Below the pieces are notes generated by a model. The model worked only from the letters and a program-made list of their open reading frames with translations. It was not told the origin of the DNA and made no database searches. Position numbers and translations under genes: made by a program. This document shows, one piece after another, positions 6,155 to 14,053 of a DNA stretch of 16,293 nucleotides; the first letter of the stretch is position 1; every line of letters begins with the position of its first letter. The DNA comes from a bacterium (GTDB lineage Bacteria; Patescibacteriota; Minisyncoccia; JBDRLZ01): the NCBI GenBank assembly GCA_043812555.1, contig JBDRLZ010000034.1:1-16293 (forward strand), read 5' to 3'.

Positions 6155-6922
6155 ATGCCGCAAAAATCAAAATTGATTATTTTGGGCAGTTTAGCAATAA
6201 CTGCTTTTTTAGTTTGGCTTGCTGTTTATATTCAAGAAGAGCAAAATTTTTTAAAAGTTTATTTTTTTGATGTTGGCCAGGGAGACGCGATTTTAATTCA
6301 AAAAAACAGCCAGCAGATTTTAATTGACGGAGGGCCAAACAAAGCAATTTTGCAAAAGCTTGGTCAGGCAATGCCTTTTTGGGACAAAAACATTGAGCTT
6401 GTGATATCAACTCATCCTGATTATGACCATTTGGCTGGCTTGAATTATGTTTTAGAAAGATACAAAGTCAACTTGATTTTAGAAACAAGTATTTTATGCC
6501 AAACACAAGCCTGCCAAAAATACCAGAGCTTTGATAAATTGAGAAAAATTGCTGAAATTGGCCAGCAAATTAAATTAGGCCAGAATTGGCTGATAAATAT
6601 TTTGTCTGTTAAAGAATCTATTGTCGCGAAAATGCTTTATCAAGATAAGAGCTTTTTGTTTACTGGCGACGCTGGCTTTGTAATTGAAAAAGAGTTAATT
6701 AATAATAATTTTAATTTAAAATCTGATATTTTAAAAGTCGGACATCATGGCTCAAAAAACGCAACTAGTCAGGAATTTTTAGAACAAGTAAATCCTGAAA
6801 TTGCTGTGATTTCAGTTGGCAAAAATAATCAATACAACCATCCGGCTCCTGAAACACTAGAAAGACTAAAAGACATTCAGGTCTTGCGAACAGACGAAAT
6901 TGGTGATATAATTATAAAATAA
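6155..6922 (+). CDS. ComEC C-terminal-type metallo-beta-lactamase-fold hydrolase, encoded as a separate gene with an N-terminal TM anchor
   Basis: VYFFDVGQGDAILIQ, ILIDGGP, STHPDYDHLAGL (the HxDxDH variant, which I recall as typical of ComEC), FTGDAG, LKVGHHGSKNATS and YNHPAPETL. Confidence 0.85.
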   Translation: MPQKSKLIILGSLAITAFLVWLAVYIQEEQNFLKVYFFDVGQGDAILIQKNSQQILIDGGPNKAILQKLGQAMPFWDKNIELVISTHPDYDHLAGLNYVLERYKVNLILETSILCQTQACQKYQSFDKLRKIAEIGQQIKLGQNWLINILSVKESIVAKMLYQDKSFLFTGDAGFVIEKELINNNFNLKSDILKVGHHGSKNATSQEFLEQVNPEIAVISVGKNNQYNHPAPETLERLKDIQVLRTDEIGDIIIK

Positions 6923-6938
6923 GGGGGTGTACTTTGAC

Positions 6939-7334
6939 ATGAAAATCACGAAAAAAATTTTAATTTTTTTCTTTTTAGGACTTTCTGTCGGGCATTTAAT
7001 TAAAACGCAGTTTTTGTCTCCGGGAAAAACAGCCCTAAAAATAATAAAAAACGGGGAAACTATCAGCGTTTTTGCTTGTGAAGAGTCTGGCGAAAAATGC
7101 GTTGTTATCGCAGTTGAAACGCTCACGAAAAATAAAAATAAATACTTTGTGAGTACTCTTAAGATATCAGATTTTCTTGTTGAGATTGAGATTTCAAAAG
7201 CAGAAAAAAATAAAAATACATGGGCTATAAAGCCAGTCTTTTTCAAGAACTTTAATTCTCTTCCAAGGCAATGGGAGAAAATTTGCAAGAACAAAATTCA
7301 AGAATATCTTGTTCTTGTCAATAACCGCAGTTAA
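6939..7334 (+). CDS. hypothetical small secreted or membrane-anchored protein
   Basis: AAGGGGG (6921-6927) lies upstream of the ATG at 6939. N-terminus MKITKKILIFFFLGLSVG is signal-like. No family recognised. A terminator hairpin spans its stop codon. The track's GTG start at 6927 was replaced by the ATG. Confidence 0.55.
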   Translation: MKITKKILIFFFLGLSVGHLIKTQFLSPGKTALKIIKNGETISVFACEESGEKCVVIAVETLTKNKNKYFVSTLKISDFLVEIEISKAEKNKNTWAIKPVFFKNFNSLPRQWEKICKNKIQEYLVLVNNRS

Positions 7335-7350
7335 AAAAACCGCGGTTATT
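7320..7350 (+). terminator. terminator-like hairpin enclosing the stop codon
   Basis: AATAACCGC (7320-7328) / GCGGTTATT (7342-7350) form a perfect 9-bp stem. The stop TAA (7332-7334) is in the loop. The T tail is weak and A-interrupted. Confidence 0.5.
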
Positions 7351-7389
7351 TATTGAAATTAAACAAAATTTATATTAAGCTTAAAAAAC

Positions 7390-8433
7390 ATGCTAAATAA
7401 CAATTTTCCAATTTTTAAAACAAAAATTCCGGGTGATAAAACAATTTTTGATTTAGACGATCCTGTTGAACGCAAAAAATATTTTGAACATAAAGCTGAT
7501 TCTGAAATAGAAAAACTGCGCGATTATTTAAGAGACAATACTTTTGTCGGTTTTTTAATTGGTAAAAAAGGCTCGGGCAAAGGCACTTATGCCAAGCTTT
7601 TTGCCGAAGCAGTTGGCCCGAATTATATTGAGCATATTTCAGTCGGCGACATTGTCCGCAGTATTGACGCTGAATTCAAGAAAAAAGATTTTTTAGATTT
7701 TTTAAAAATAAATTATCGCGGACCAATTGCCCTAAAAGATATTATCAAATCTCTTTCTAAAAGATCGACTAAAATTCTTCTGCCAACAGAGTTAATTTTA
7801 GCTCTAGTTGAGCGGGAGATTTCAAAGCTTGGCCGCAAAGCGGTTTTTATTGACGGCTTTCCGCGCAATATGGACCAAATTTCTTATTCTCTTTATTTTC
7901 GGGCATTAATCGGTTATCGCAATGACCCTGACTTTTTTGTTTTTATTGATGTGCCAGAAGCTGTTATTGACGAGCGAATGAAATATCGCGTTGTCTGCCC
8001 AAAATGCCAATCTCCCCGAAATCTTAAACTGCTCTGCACCAAACAAGTCGGCTATGATAAAAATAACAAAAAGTTTTATTTAATTTGCGACCAGGACAAA
8101 ACGCAAATGCGGCCCAAAGAGGGAGATGAGCTGGGCATTGAAGCAATTCGCGACAGGATAGAGGCAGACGATAAAGTTGCTCAAAGCTTAATGCAAATGC
8201 AAGGCGTGCCAAAAATATATTTGCGCAATTCTCTGCCAGTCAGCACTGCTAAAAAATATGTTGATAATTACGAAATAACGCAAAGTTATTCTTACGAGTT
8301 TGATAAACAAGTAAAAATTATTAAAAAACCATGGGTGATAAAAGACAATCAAGGCGTAAAATCTTACAGCTTGCTTGCTCCGTCAGTTGTCGTGGCTCTG
8401 ATTAAGCAGATGGTTAAGATTTTGGGATTATGA
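7390..8433 (+). CDS. adenylate kinase family protein, atypically long (347 aa) with N- and C-terminal extensions and an enlarged Cys-containing LID
   Basis: P-loop GKKGSGKGT, ISVGDIVRS (compare ISTGDMLR), FIDGFPRNMDQ (compare DGFPRT..Q), and LID VCPKC...(long insert)...CDQD. Confidence 0.7.
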   Translation: MLNNNFPIFKTKIPGDKTIFDLDDPVERKKYFEHKADSEIEKLRDYLRDNTFVGFLIGKKGSGKGTYAKLFAEAVGPNYIEHISVGDIVRSIDAEFKKKDFLDFLKINYRGPIALKDIIKSLSKRSTKILLPTELILALVEREISKLGRKAVFIDGFPRNMDQISYSLYFRALIGYRNDPDFFVFIDVPEAVIDERMKYRVVCPKCQSPRNLKLLCTKQVGYDKNNKKFYLICDQDKTQMRPKEGDELGIEAIRDRIEADDKVAQSLMQMQGVPKIYLRNSLPVSTAKKYVDNYEITQSYSYEFDKQVKIIKKPWVIKDNQGVKSYSLLAPSVVVALIKQMVKILGL

Positions 8434-8442
8434 GAATGCAGC

Positions 8443-8482
8443 TTGACTGATTGTTATATGTCCGTTATTATGTACATATAAT
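8443..8482 (+). promoter_or_regulatory. sigma70-like promoter with an overlapping 10-bp palindrome (candidate antitoxin operator)
   Basis: TTGACT (8443-8448), a 17-nt spacer, then TATTAT (8466-8471). A perfect palindrome TATGTACATA at 8469-8478 overlaps the -10. Additional TATAAT at 8477-8482. Confidence 0.6.
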
Positions 8483-8499
8483 ATAATTAAACTAAAAAT

Positions 8500-8871
8500 A
8501 TGAATTCACAAAATTCTCTTTCTGTAACTGAAGCCCGCGGCAGAATTTTTGATTTAGTGCAAAAAACTGCTGCTGGCGCCAGATATTTTTTAACTGATCG
8601 CGGTAAGGCCAAGGCGGTTTTAATGTCAGCTGATGAATTTGATTCTTGGCAGGAGACTTTGGAAATAATGAGCGATCCTGAATTAATGAAAGATATCAAA
8701 GAAACAAAACAGGATATTAAGTCAGGTGCTTATAAAAATTATCCAACTTTGGAAGAAGTTCTAGCTGAAGAAGGATTTGTGCTGGCTGATAAAAGCAAAA
8801 AGAAATATGTACCAAGTAGTAGTCAAAAAAAGCGCTCAAAAAAGCTTGGCAAGACTGGATCCAAGATATAA
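8500..8871 (+). CDS. type II antitoxin, Phd/YefM family
   Basis: SVTEARGRIFDLVQKTAAGARYFLTDRGKAKAVLMSADEFDSWQETLEIMSDPELMKDIKE is a classic Phd/YefM N-terminal domain. The Lys-rich C-terminal tail overlaps the toxin gene by 65 nt. Confidence 0.8.
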   Translation: MNSQNSLSVTEARGRIFDLVQKTAAGARYFLTDRGKAKAVLMSADEFDSWQETLEIMSDPELMKDIKETKQDIKSGAYKNYPTLEEVLAEEGFVLADKSKKKYVPSSSQKKRSKKLGKTGSKI

Positions 8872-9058
8872 AGCCAGAATCCATTCTGCTTTGTTTAAAT
8901 TGGCTGAAAATCCGTATCTTGGTAAACGACTGGAAGGAAACTTGCGAGATTTTTTTTCTTTGAGGGTTTGGCCATATCGGATTATTTATCAGATAATTAA
9001 AAACGAACTCATTATTTTTGTGGTGCAAATCAAGCATCGCCAAGGTAGTTATAAATAA
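8807..9058 (+). CDS. type II toxin, RelE/ParE family
   Basis: MYQVVVKKSAQKSLARLDPRYKARIHSALFKLAENPYLGKRLEGNLRDFFSLRVWPYRIIYQIIKNELIIFVVQIKHRQ is the canonical RelE/ParE fold pattern. The start was moved to the ATG at 8807 from the track's 8777. Confidence 0.8.
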   Translation: MYQVVVKKSAQKSLARLDPRYKARIHSALFKLAENPYLGKRLEGNLRDFFSLRVWPYRIIYQIIKNELIIFVVQIKHRQGSYK

Positions 9059-9075
9059 ATTTTTGTAAGCGAAGA

Positions 9076-9147
9076 CGGAGCGTCGTATAACGGTTAGTAC
9101 ACAGGGCTGGGGGTCCTGTAATCTGGGTTCAATTCCCAGCGCTCCGA
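9076..9147 (+). tRNA. tRNA-Pro(GGG): tRNA-Pro, anticodon GGG
   Basis: Hand-folded cloverleaf. Acceptor CGGAGCG/CGCTCCG, D arm GTAT-AACGGTTA-GTAC, anticodon stem CAGGG/TCCTG with loop CTGGGGG (G37), T arm CTGGG-TTCAATT-CCCAG, discriminator A. CCA is not encoded. Confidence 0.9.
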
Positions 9148-9166
9148 CTAGAAAAAGCATAAAACT

Positions 9167-11644
9167 ATGCAAAAAGAAGCTAAAGCTAGAATTAAAATAA
9201 ATAATCTGCTCCAAGAAACCGGCTGGAGATTTTTTGATGATGAAAAAAAAGGCGCAAGAAATATTGAAGTTGAGGGCAATGTTAATTTAGAAAATTTAGG
9301 CGATGATTTTGAACACAGCATAGGTTTTATTGATTATCTGCTTTTGGATGTAAAAGGATCCCCTTTGGCTGTCTTGGAAGCGAAATCATCCAGTAAAGAC
9401 CCTGTTGCCGGCAAAAAACAAGCGGAAGATTACGCCAAAGCAAAAAGATGCCGTTTTATTATTTTAAGTAATGGCGACACACATTATTTTTGGGATTTAA
9501 ACCAAAATGCTGAAAAAATAATTTTAAAATTCCCGACACAAAAAGATTTAACGAAGTTGCTCAGCGCAACAACCGCAATGCCTTTATCCGGCATTGATGT
9601 AAAAAATGATTGGATTGTTTTAAGCCAAGGCGCAGTGGCAGAGGAGGAGAAAAAATATCTGCGGGATTATCAATTAGAAGCGTTAAAAACCATTGCCGCT
9701 AAATTTGACAGCAATACTAATAATCGCCGTTTTCTTTTGGAAATGGCAACAGGCACCGGTAAAACTCTGCTGGCCGCGGCTTTGATTAAATTATTTTTAA
9801 ATACCGGCAATGCCAGCAGAATAATCTTTTTGGTTGATAGAATTGAACTGGCGCAACAGGCATTGCAAAACATCAGTTCTTATTTAAAAGAATATAATCT
9901 TTGCATCTTTAAAGAAAACAAAGACCAAGCCTTGCAAAACCAAGTAGTAATTGCGACTATTCAAAGCTTATCATACAATCAAAATTATTTAAAATATTTC
10001 AGCCAGTTTGATTTTGATTTATTAATTTCTGATGAAGCGCATCGCAGTATTTACGGCAACAATCGGGCAATTTTTGAATATTTTCAAGCCATAAAAATCG
10101 GACTTACTGCTACGCCAAAGGATTATTTAAAAAACATTGATGAAAAAGATTTAGCAGACACGGATCCGCGAAAATTAGAAAAAAGAATTCTTTTTGACAC
10201 TTATAAAACATTCGGTTGCGAAAAAGGCGAGCCAAGTTTTCGATTTGATTTAAAAGCCGCGGTTAATCATCAGCCGCCTTATTTAGTAAATCCGATTATT
10301 TATGACAAGCGAAGCGATAAGACTAATCAAATGCTTTCAGATCAGGGCTGGACAGATGCTTTTATTGACGAGGTAACTGGCGAACGAGTGGAAGAAACAT
10401 TTAAAATCCGCCAGCTGGAGCGCAAAGTATTTTCTGATAGTTTAAGTCGTTTAATTGTTGATGAATTTTTAAAAACCTCCCAAAAAGATCCGATTACCAG
10501 AGAAACAGGCAAATCAATTATTTACTGCATATCTCAAAACCATGCCTCAAAAATTGCCCGCCTTCTAAACCAGGCGGCTGATAAAAATTGGCCAGGAAAA
10601 TACTCCGGACACAGCGGAGTTTTCGCGCGCCAAATTACCAGCAATGTAGTTGGCAGTCAAGATTTAGCCAAAAAATTCCGCAACAATCAATTAGGCGCAA
10701 CCAGGGTAGTAGTTACCGTTAATATGATGACTACTGGTTATGATTGCACTGATTTGCTAAATGTTGTTTTAATGCGTCCGATTTTTTCAATCACTGATTT
10801 TATTCAAATTAAAGGCCGAGGCACCCGCCTGCATACTTTTAAAAATGAGCTTACAAAAACAGAGATTAAAAAGGATAATTTTCATTTAATTGATTTTTTT
10901 GGCGTGTGTGAATACTTTGAGGAAAAATATGATTTCACAGTGCCAATCAAACTTTTATCTGTTCTTAGAGACAAACCAATTAGACATTATGGGCAAATTA
11001 AGACAGAAGACAAAACTGTCCTAGAGAAAGAAGAAGCGCCGATTGCTGTTTTGCATGGCCATTATATTTACATCGGCACAGACTTTTTAGTTCGCGACAA
11101 TCAATTAGTAGTTGGTCCGGAATGTATGCGCGTTGACCGCGAGGCCTATCGCGGTTATTTTGAAGAATCAGTTAAGGACTTGATAAAAATAGATCCGTTT
11201 TTTGAATCAGCCATAACCAAAGATGATATTGAGGCGACCGAAGAAATCGCTCAAGAAAAAATATTGGAAAAGCCGATTTATTATTTTACCCTTGATTCTT
11301 TGCGCAAAGCGTATCAAACCGGCAACGCGCTGATTGATTTTCTTAAAAAAGCCGCGGGCTTAATTCCGAAATTGCCGAATAAATATGACCGCCTGAATCA
11401 AGGTTTTGAAGAGTTTAAACTAATTTATTCTGATACGCCTTTTGAAAAGCTGAATTATTTTCAAAATATTTATGAGTGTTATCTTACTAGTCCAGACTAT
11501 CGCCTTGCTCTTGAAAAAGGCAATTTAGCCGCGCTTGACGACCAAGCTTTCGGCGGAATTGTGCCAGTCGGCAGAGTCAATCGCGAGGAAGTGGAAAAAG
11601 TAGTCAATTACATAAAAGAATCTAAAATCGCTTATGTCAACTAA
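9167..11644 (+). CDS. hsdR: type I restriction enzyme R subunit (COG4096/EcoEI-like HsdR)
   Basis: N-terminal PD-(D/E)xK nuclease (KINNLLQETGW..., IDYLLLD, LEAKSS). SF2 motor motifs LRDYQLEA, EMATGTGKT, SDEAHRS, LTATP, TTGYDC and QIKGRGTR. Long C-terminal helical domain. Starts 19 nt after tRNA-Pro. Confidence 0.85.
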   Translation: MQKEAKARIKINNLLQETGWRFFDDEKKGARNIEVEGNVNLENLGDDFEHSIGFIDYLLLDVKGSPLAVLEAKSSSKDPVAGKKQAEDYAKAKRCRFIILSNGDTHYFWDLNQNAEKIILKFPTQKDLTKLLSATTAMPLSGIDVKNDWIVLSQGAVAEEEKKYLRDYQLEALKTIAAKFDSNTNNRRFLLEMATGTGKTLLAAALIKLFLNTGNASRIIFLVDRIELAQQALQNISSYLKEYNLCIFKENKDQALQNQVVIATIQSLSYNQNYLKYFSQFDFDLLISDEAHRSIYGNNRAIFEYFQAIKIGLTATPKDYLKNIDEKDLADTDPRKLEKRILFDTYKTFGCEKGEPSFRFDLKAAVNHQPPYLVNPIIYDKRSDKTNQMLSDQGWTDAFIDEVTGERVEETFKIRQLERKVFSDSLSRLIVDEFLKTSQKDPITRETGKSIIYCISQNHASKIARLLNQAADKNWPGKYSGHSGVFARQITSNVVGSQDLAKKFRNNQLGATRVVVTVNMMTTGYDCTDLLNVVLMRPIFSITDFIQIKGRGTRLHTFKNELTKTEIKKDNFHLIDFFGVCEYFEEKYDFTVPIKLLSVLRDKPIRHYGQIKTEDKTVLEKEEAPIAVLHGHYIYIGTDFLVRDNQLVVGPECMRVDREAYRGYFEESVKDLIKIDPFFESAITKDDIEATEEIAQEKILEKPIYYFTLDSLRKAYQTGNALIDFLKKAAGLIPKLPNKYDRLNQGFEEFKLIYSDTPFEKLNYFQNIYECYLTSPDYRLALEKGNLAALDDQAFGGIVPVGRVNREEVEKVVNYIKESKIAYVN

Positions 11645-14048
11645 ACCTCAAGAATTAAATAAAATTATTGCTGACTTGCGCCAGATTATTGTTGGCGAGG
11701 TAACTTTGCCAACTGACCAGATTGAGCAGATAACTTTATTTTTGTTTCTTAAACAGCTTTCAAAAAAGCATGATGAGTTGGCGAGAAGCGGCGCAAAAGA
11801 ATTGATTTTCACCGGGGAACATGAACGGCATCATTTTGACATTTTAATAAAACACAGCGGCGAAAAACTTGTTAAAGAATGCCGGGAGGCGATTGAGTCA
11901 TTGCACAAAAATAAGAATATTGACGCGACCTTGCGGAGATTCTACGAACGAGCTTATTTAAAAATAATGGAGCCAAAAGTGCTGGCTTATTTTCTTGATT
12001 ATCTGAATAACAGTTTTGACCAATATGTTGATCTTGGAGATTTTTACGAAAGCTTGCTGGATATTTTGGGAACTCAAAAAAAGCTGGGGCAAGTGCGCAC
12101 TCCGCGTCATATTATTCAATTTATTATTGATGTAATTGACCCAAAAATAGGCGAGACTATTTGCGACCCTGCTTGCGGCACAGCCGGTTTTTTGCTTTTA
12201 TCTTTGTTTTATTTAAAAGAAAAATATACTGATAAAAAAGGAAAATTAAATTTGAATCCGGAGCAAAGGCGAAAATTATTTAATGAGACCTTTTACGGAT
12301 GGGACAAGGATCCGCTAATGGTTAAGTACGCGCTGGCTAATTTGTATTTTCATGATTTAAAAAATCCAAATGTTTATCAAAACGACACTTTGCTGAATGA
12401 AGATCTTTGGCAGAATGTTTTTGATATTATTGTCGCCAATCCGCCGTTTATTACGCCAAAAGGCGGCGCGCGCCGGCATTCCCGTTTTGCCATTGCTTCC
12501 AATAAAACCGAAGTGCTATTTTGCGAGTATATGGCGCATCGTCTTAATTTTAATGGCCGGCTGGGCATAATTGTGCCGGAAGGAATTATTTTTGACGGAA
12601 GCAAAGGACATCAGGCAATTAGAAAATTATTTTTAGATAATGGACTTTGGTGCGTTGTTTCTTTGCCGTCTCAAATTTTTCAGCCGTATTCCGGGGTTAA
12701 AACAAGTATTATATTTTTAGATAAGACATTAAAGCCGGAGCAAATTTTATTTTATGAAATAGAAAATCACGGCTTTAGTTTGAACACTAATCCAGCGCCA
12801 ATAGACAAAAACGATTTGCCTAATGCTTTAAAGGTGATTAAAAAATATCATGAGGATTTGCAAAATGGCAAGCAAGCGATAATTGATGAGGAAAAATATT
12901 ACACGATTGCAAAACAAAAAATTTTGGAAAATGAGACAACGAATTTGACGGGCAGGTTTTATAGAGAAAAAAATACAAGCAACAACTGCAAATGGAAAAT
13001 AGTTAATTTGAAAGAAGTTGCCGATATAATTGCTGGTCAATCTCCTAAAGGCAAATATTACAATGAGAAAGGCGATGGGGTGCCTTTCTATCAAGGAAAA
13101 ATAGAGTTTCAAGAAAAATATCTTGGGAAACCAACAAAATGGACAACACAGGTAACAAAAATTGCTCAAAAAGGCGATATTTTGATGTCAGTAAGAGCGC
13201 CAGTTGGTCCAATAAATTTTTGCGTTGAGAAAATTTGTATAGGCAGAGGGCTTGCGGCGATTAGAGCGAACGAAAAAATACACCCTGAGTTTTTGTTCTC
13301 TATTTTGAGACAACAAGAATCAGAAATTACTGGTAGTCAGGGCATTACATTTTCGTCAATAAACAAAGATCAAATTTCAAAAATCAAAATCCCACTTCCG
13401 CCGATTGAAGTTCAAAAAGAAATCGTTGAGCAGATTGAAGTCAAGCAAAACGCCATTTCAGCCGCCAAAGCGGTGATTGAGAATTTAGAGAGAGAGAGAC
13501 GCTATTTTGGCCAAGAGATTAGAAAAATAAAAGATGTTGAGTGGGTGAAGTTGGGCGAGGTTTGCGATGTTTTAGATAGTAAAAGAAAACCGGTTACGAA
13601 AGCAGACAGAACACAAGGAAAATATCCATATTACGGAGCAACTGGAATAGTGGATTATGTAGACGATTATATTTTTGATGAAAAATTAGTTTTGATTGGC
13701 GAAGACGGTGCAAAATGGGGCGTTGGCGGAAAAACGGCTTTTATCGCAGAAGGAAAATATTGGGTCAATAATCACGCTCATGTTTTACGACCAGACAGGA
13801 GCAAAATTTTAGACAAAGTATTAGTCGCATATATCAACTCAATTGATTTGATGCCATACATAACCGGCGTTACGGTGCCGAAATTGAATCAAGAAAAAAT
13901 GCGATCAATTAAAATCCCGCTTTTGACAATTGAAACCCAAAAACAGCTTGTCGCGGAAACAGAAGAGCAGGAAAAAATTATTGAGGCGAATAAAAAACTT
14001 GTCGGCATAATGGAGCAAAAAATCAGCGAAGTTTTAAGTGAAATTTAA
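11634..14048 (+). CDS. fused type I methyltransferase-specificity protein (HsdM N6-adenine MTase domain plus a complete two-TRD HsdS)
   Basis: MTase motifs GQVRTPRHI, DPACGTAGFLL and IVANPPF in aa ~150-280. TRD1 (WKIVNLKEVADIIAGQSP...VRAPVG...KIKIPLPPIEVQKEIV), a coiled-coil spacer, TRD2 (WVKLGEVCDVLDSKRKP...YPYYGATG...NNHAHVLRP...IKIPLLTIETQKQLV) and a terminal helix. One uninterrupted 804-codon ORF. Its ATG overlaps the hsdR stop by 11 nt. Confidence 0.85.
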   Translation: MSTKPQELNKIIADLRQIIVGEVTLPTDQIEQITLFLFLKQLSKKHDELARSGAKELIFTGEHERHHFDILIKHSGEKLVKECREAIESLHKNKNIDATLRRFYERAYLKIMEPKVLAYFLDYLNNSFDQYVDLGDFYESLLDILGTQKKLGQVRTPRHIIQFIIDVIDPKIGETICDPACGTAGFLLLSLFYLKEKYTDKKGKLNLNPEQRRKLFNETFYGWDKDPLMVKYALANLYFHDLKNPNVYQNDTLLNEDLWQNVFDIIVANPPFITPKGGARRHSRFAIASNKTEVLFCEYMAHRLNFNGRLGIIVPEGIIFDGSKGHQAIRKLFLDNGLWCVVSLPSQIFQPYSGVKTSIIFLDKTLKPEQILFYEIENHGFSLNTNPAPIDKNDLPNALKVIKKYHEDLQNGKQAIIDEEKYYTIAKQKILENETTNLTGRFYREKNTSNNCKWKIVNLKEVADIIAGQSPKGKYYNEKGDGVPFYQGKIEFQEKYLGKPTKWTTQVTKIAQKGDILMSVRAPVGPINFCVEKICIGRGLAAIRANEKIHPEFLFSILRQQESEITGSQGITFSSINKDQISKIKIPLPPIEVQKEIVEQIEVKQNAISAAKAVIENLERERRYFGQEIRKIKDVEWVKLGEVCDVLDSKRKPVTKADRTQGKYPYYGATGIVDYVDDYIFDEKLVLIGEDGAKWGVGGKTAFIAEGKYWVNNHAHVLRPDRSKILDKVLVAYINSIDLMPYITGVTVPKLNQEKMRSIKIPLLTIETQKQLVAETEEQEKIIEANKKLVGIMEQKISEVLSEI

Positions 14049-14053
14049 CTAAT

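Noticed and set aside
6866-7294. Minus-strand 142-aa ORF opposite the 6939-7334 gene
   Set aside because: Both frames are AT-rich and unrecognised. The + strand ORF has an upstream AAGGGGG, a signal-like N-terminus, a terminator hairpin at its stop and the same orientation as all neighbours. The minus ORF overlaps the end of the MBL gene.
8717-9214. Minus-strand 165-aa ORF
   Set aside because: It lies antisense to the well-supported RelE/ParE toxin gene, runs straight through tRNA-Pro and into the hsdR start. The sequence is low-complexity.
9670-13169. Antisense ORFs within hsdR and hsdM-S (9670-9873, 12377-12604, 12828-13169)
   Set aside because: They lie opposite regions carrying unambiguous helicase, MTase and TRD motifs on the + strand.
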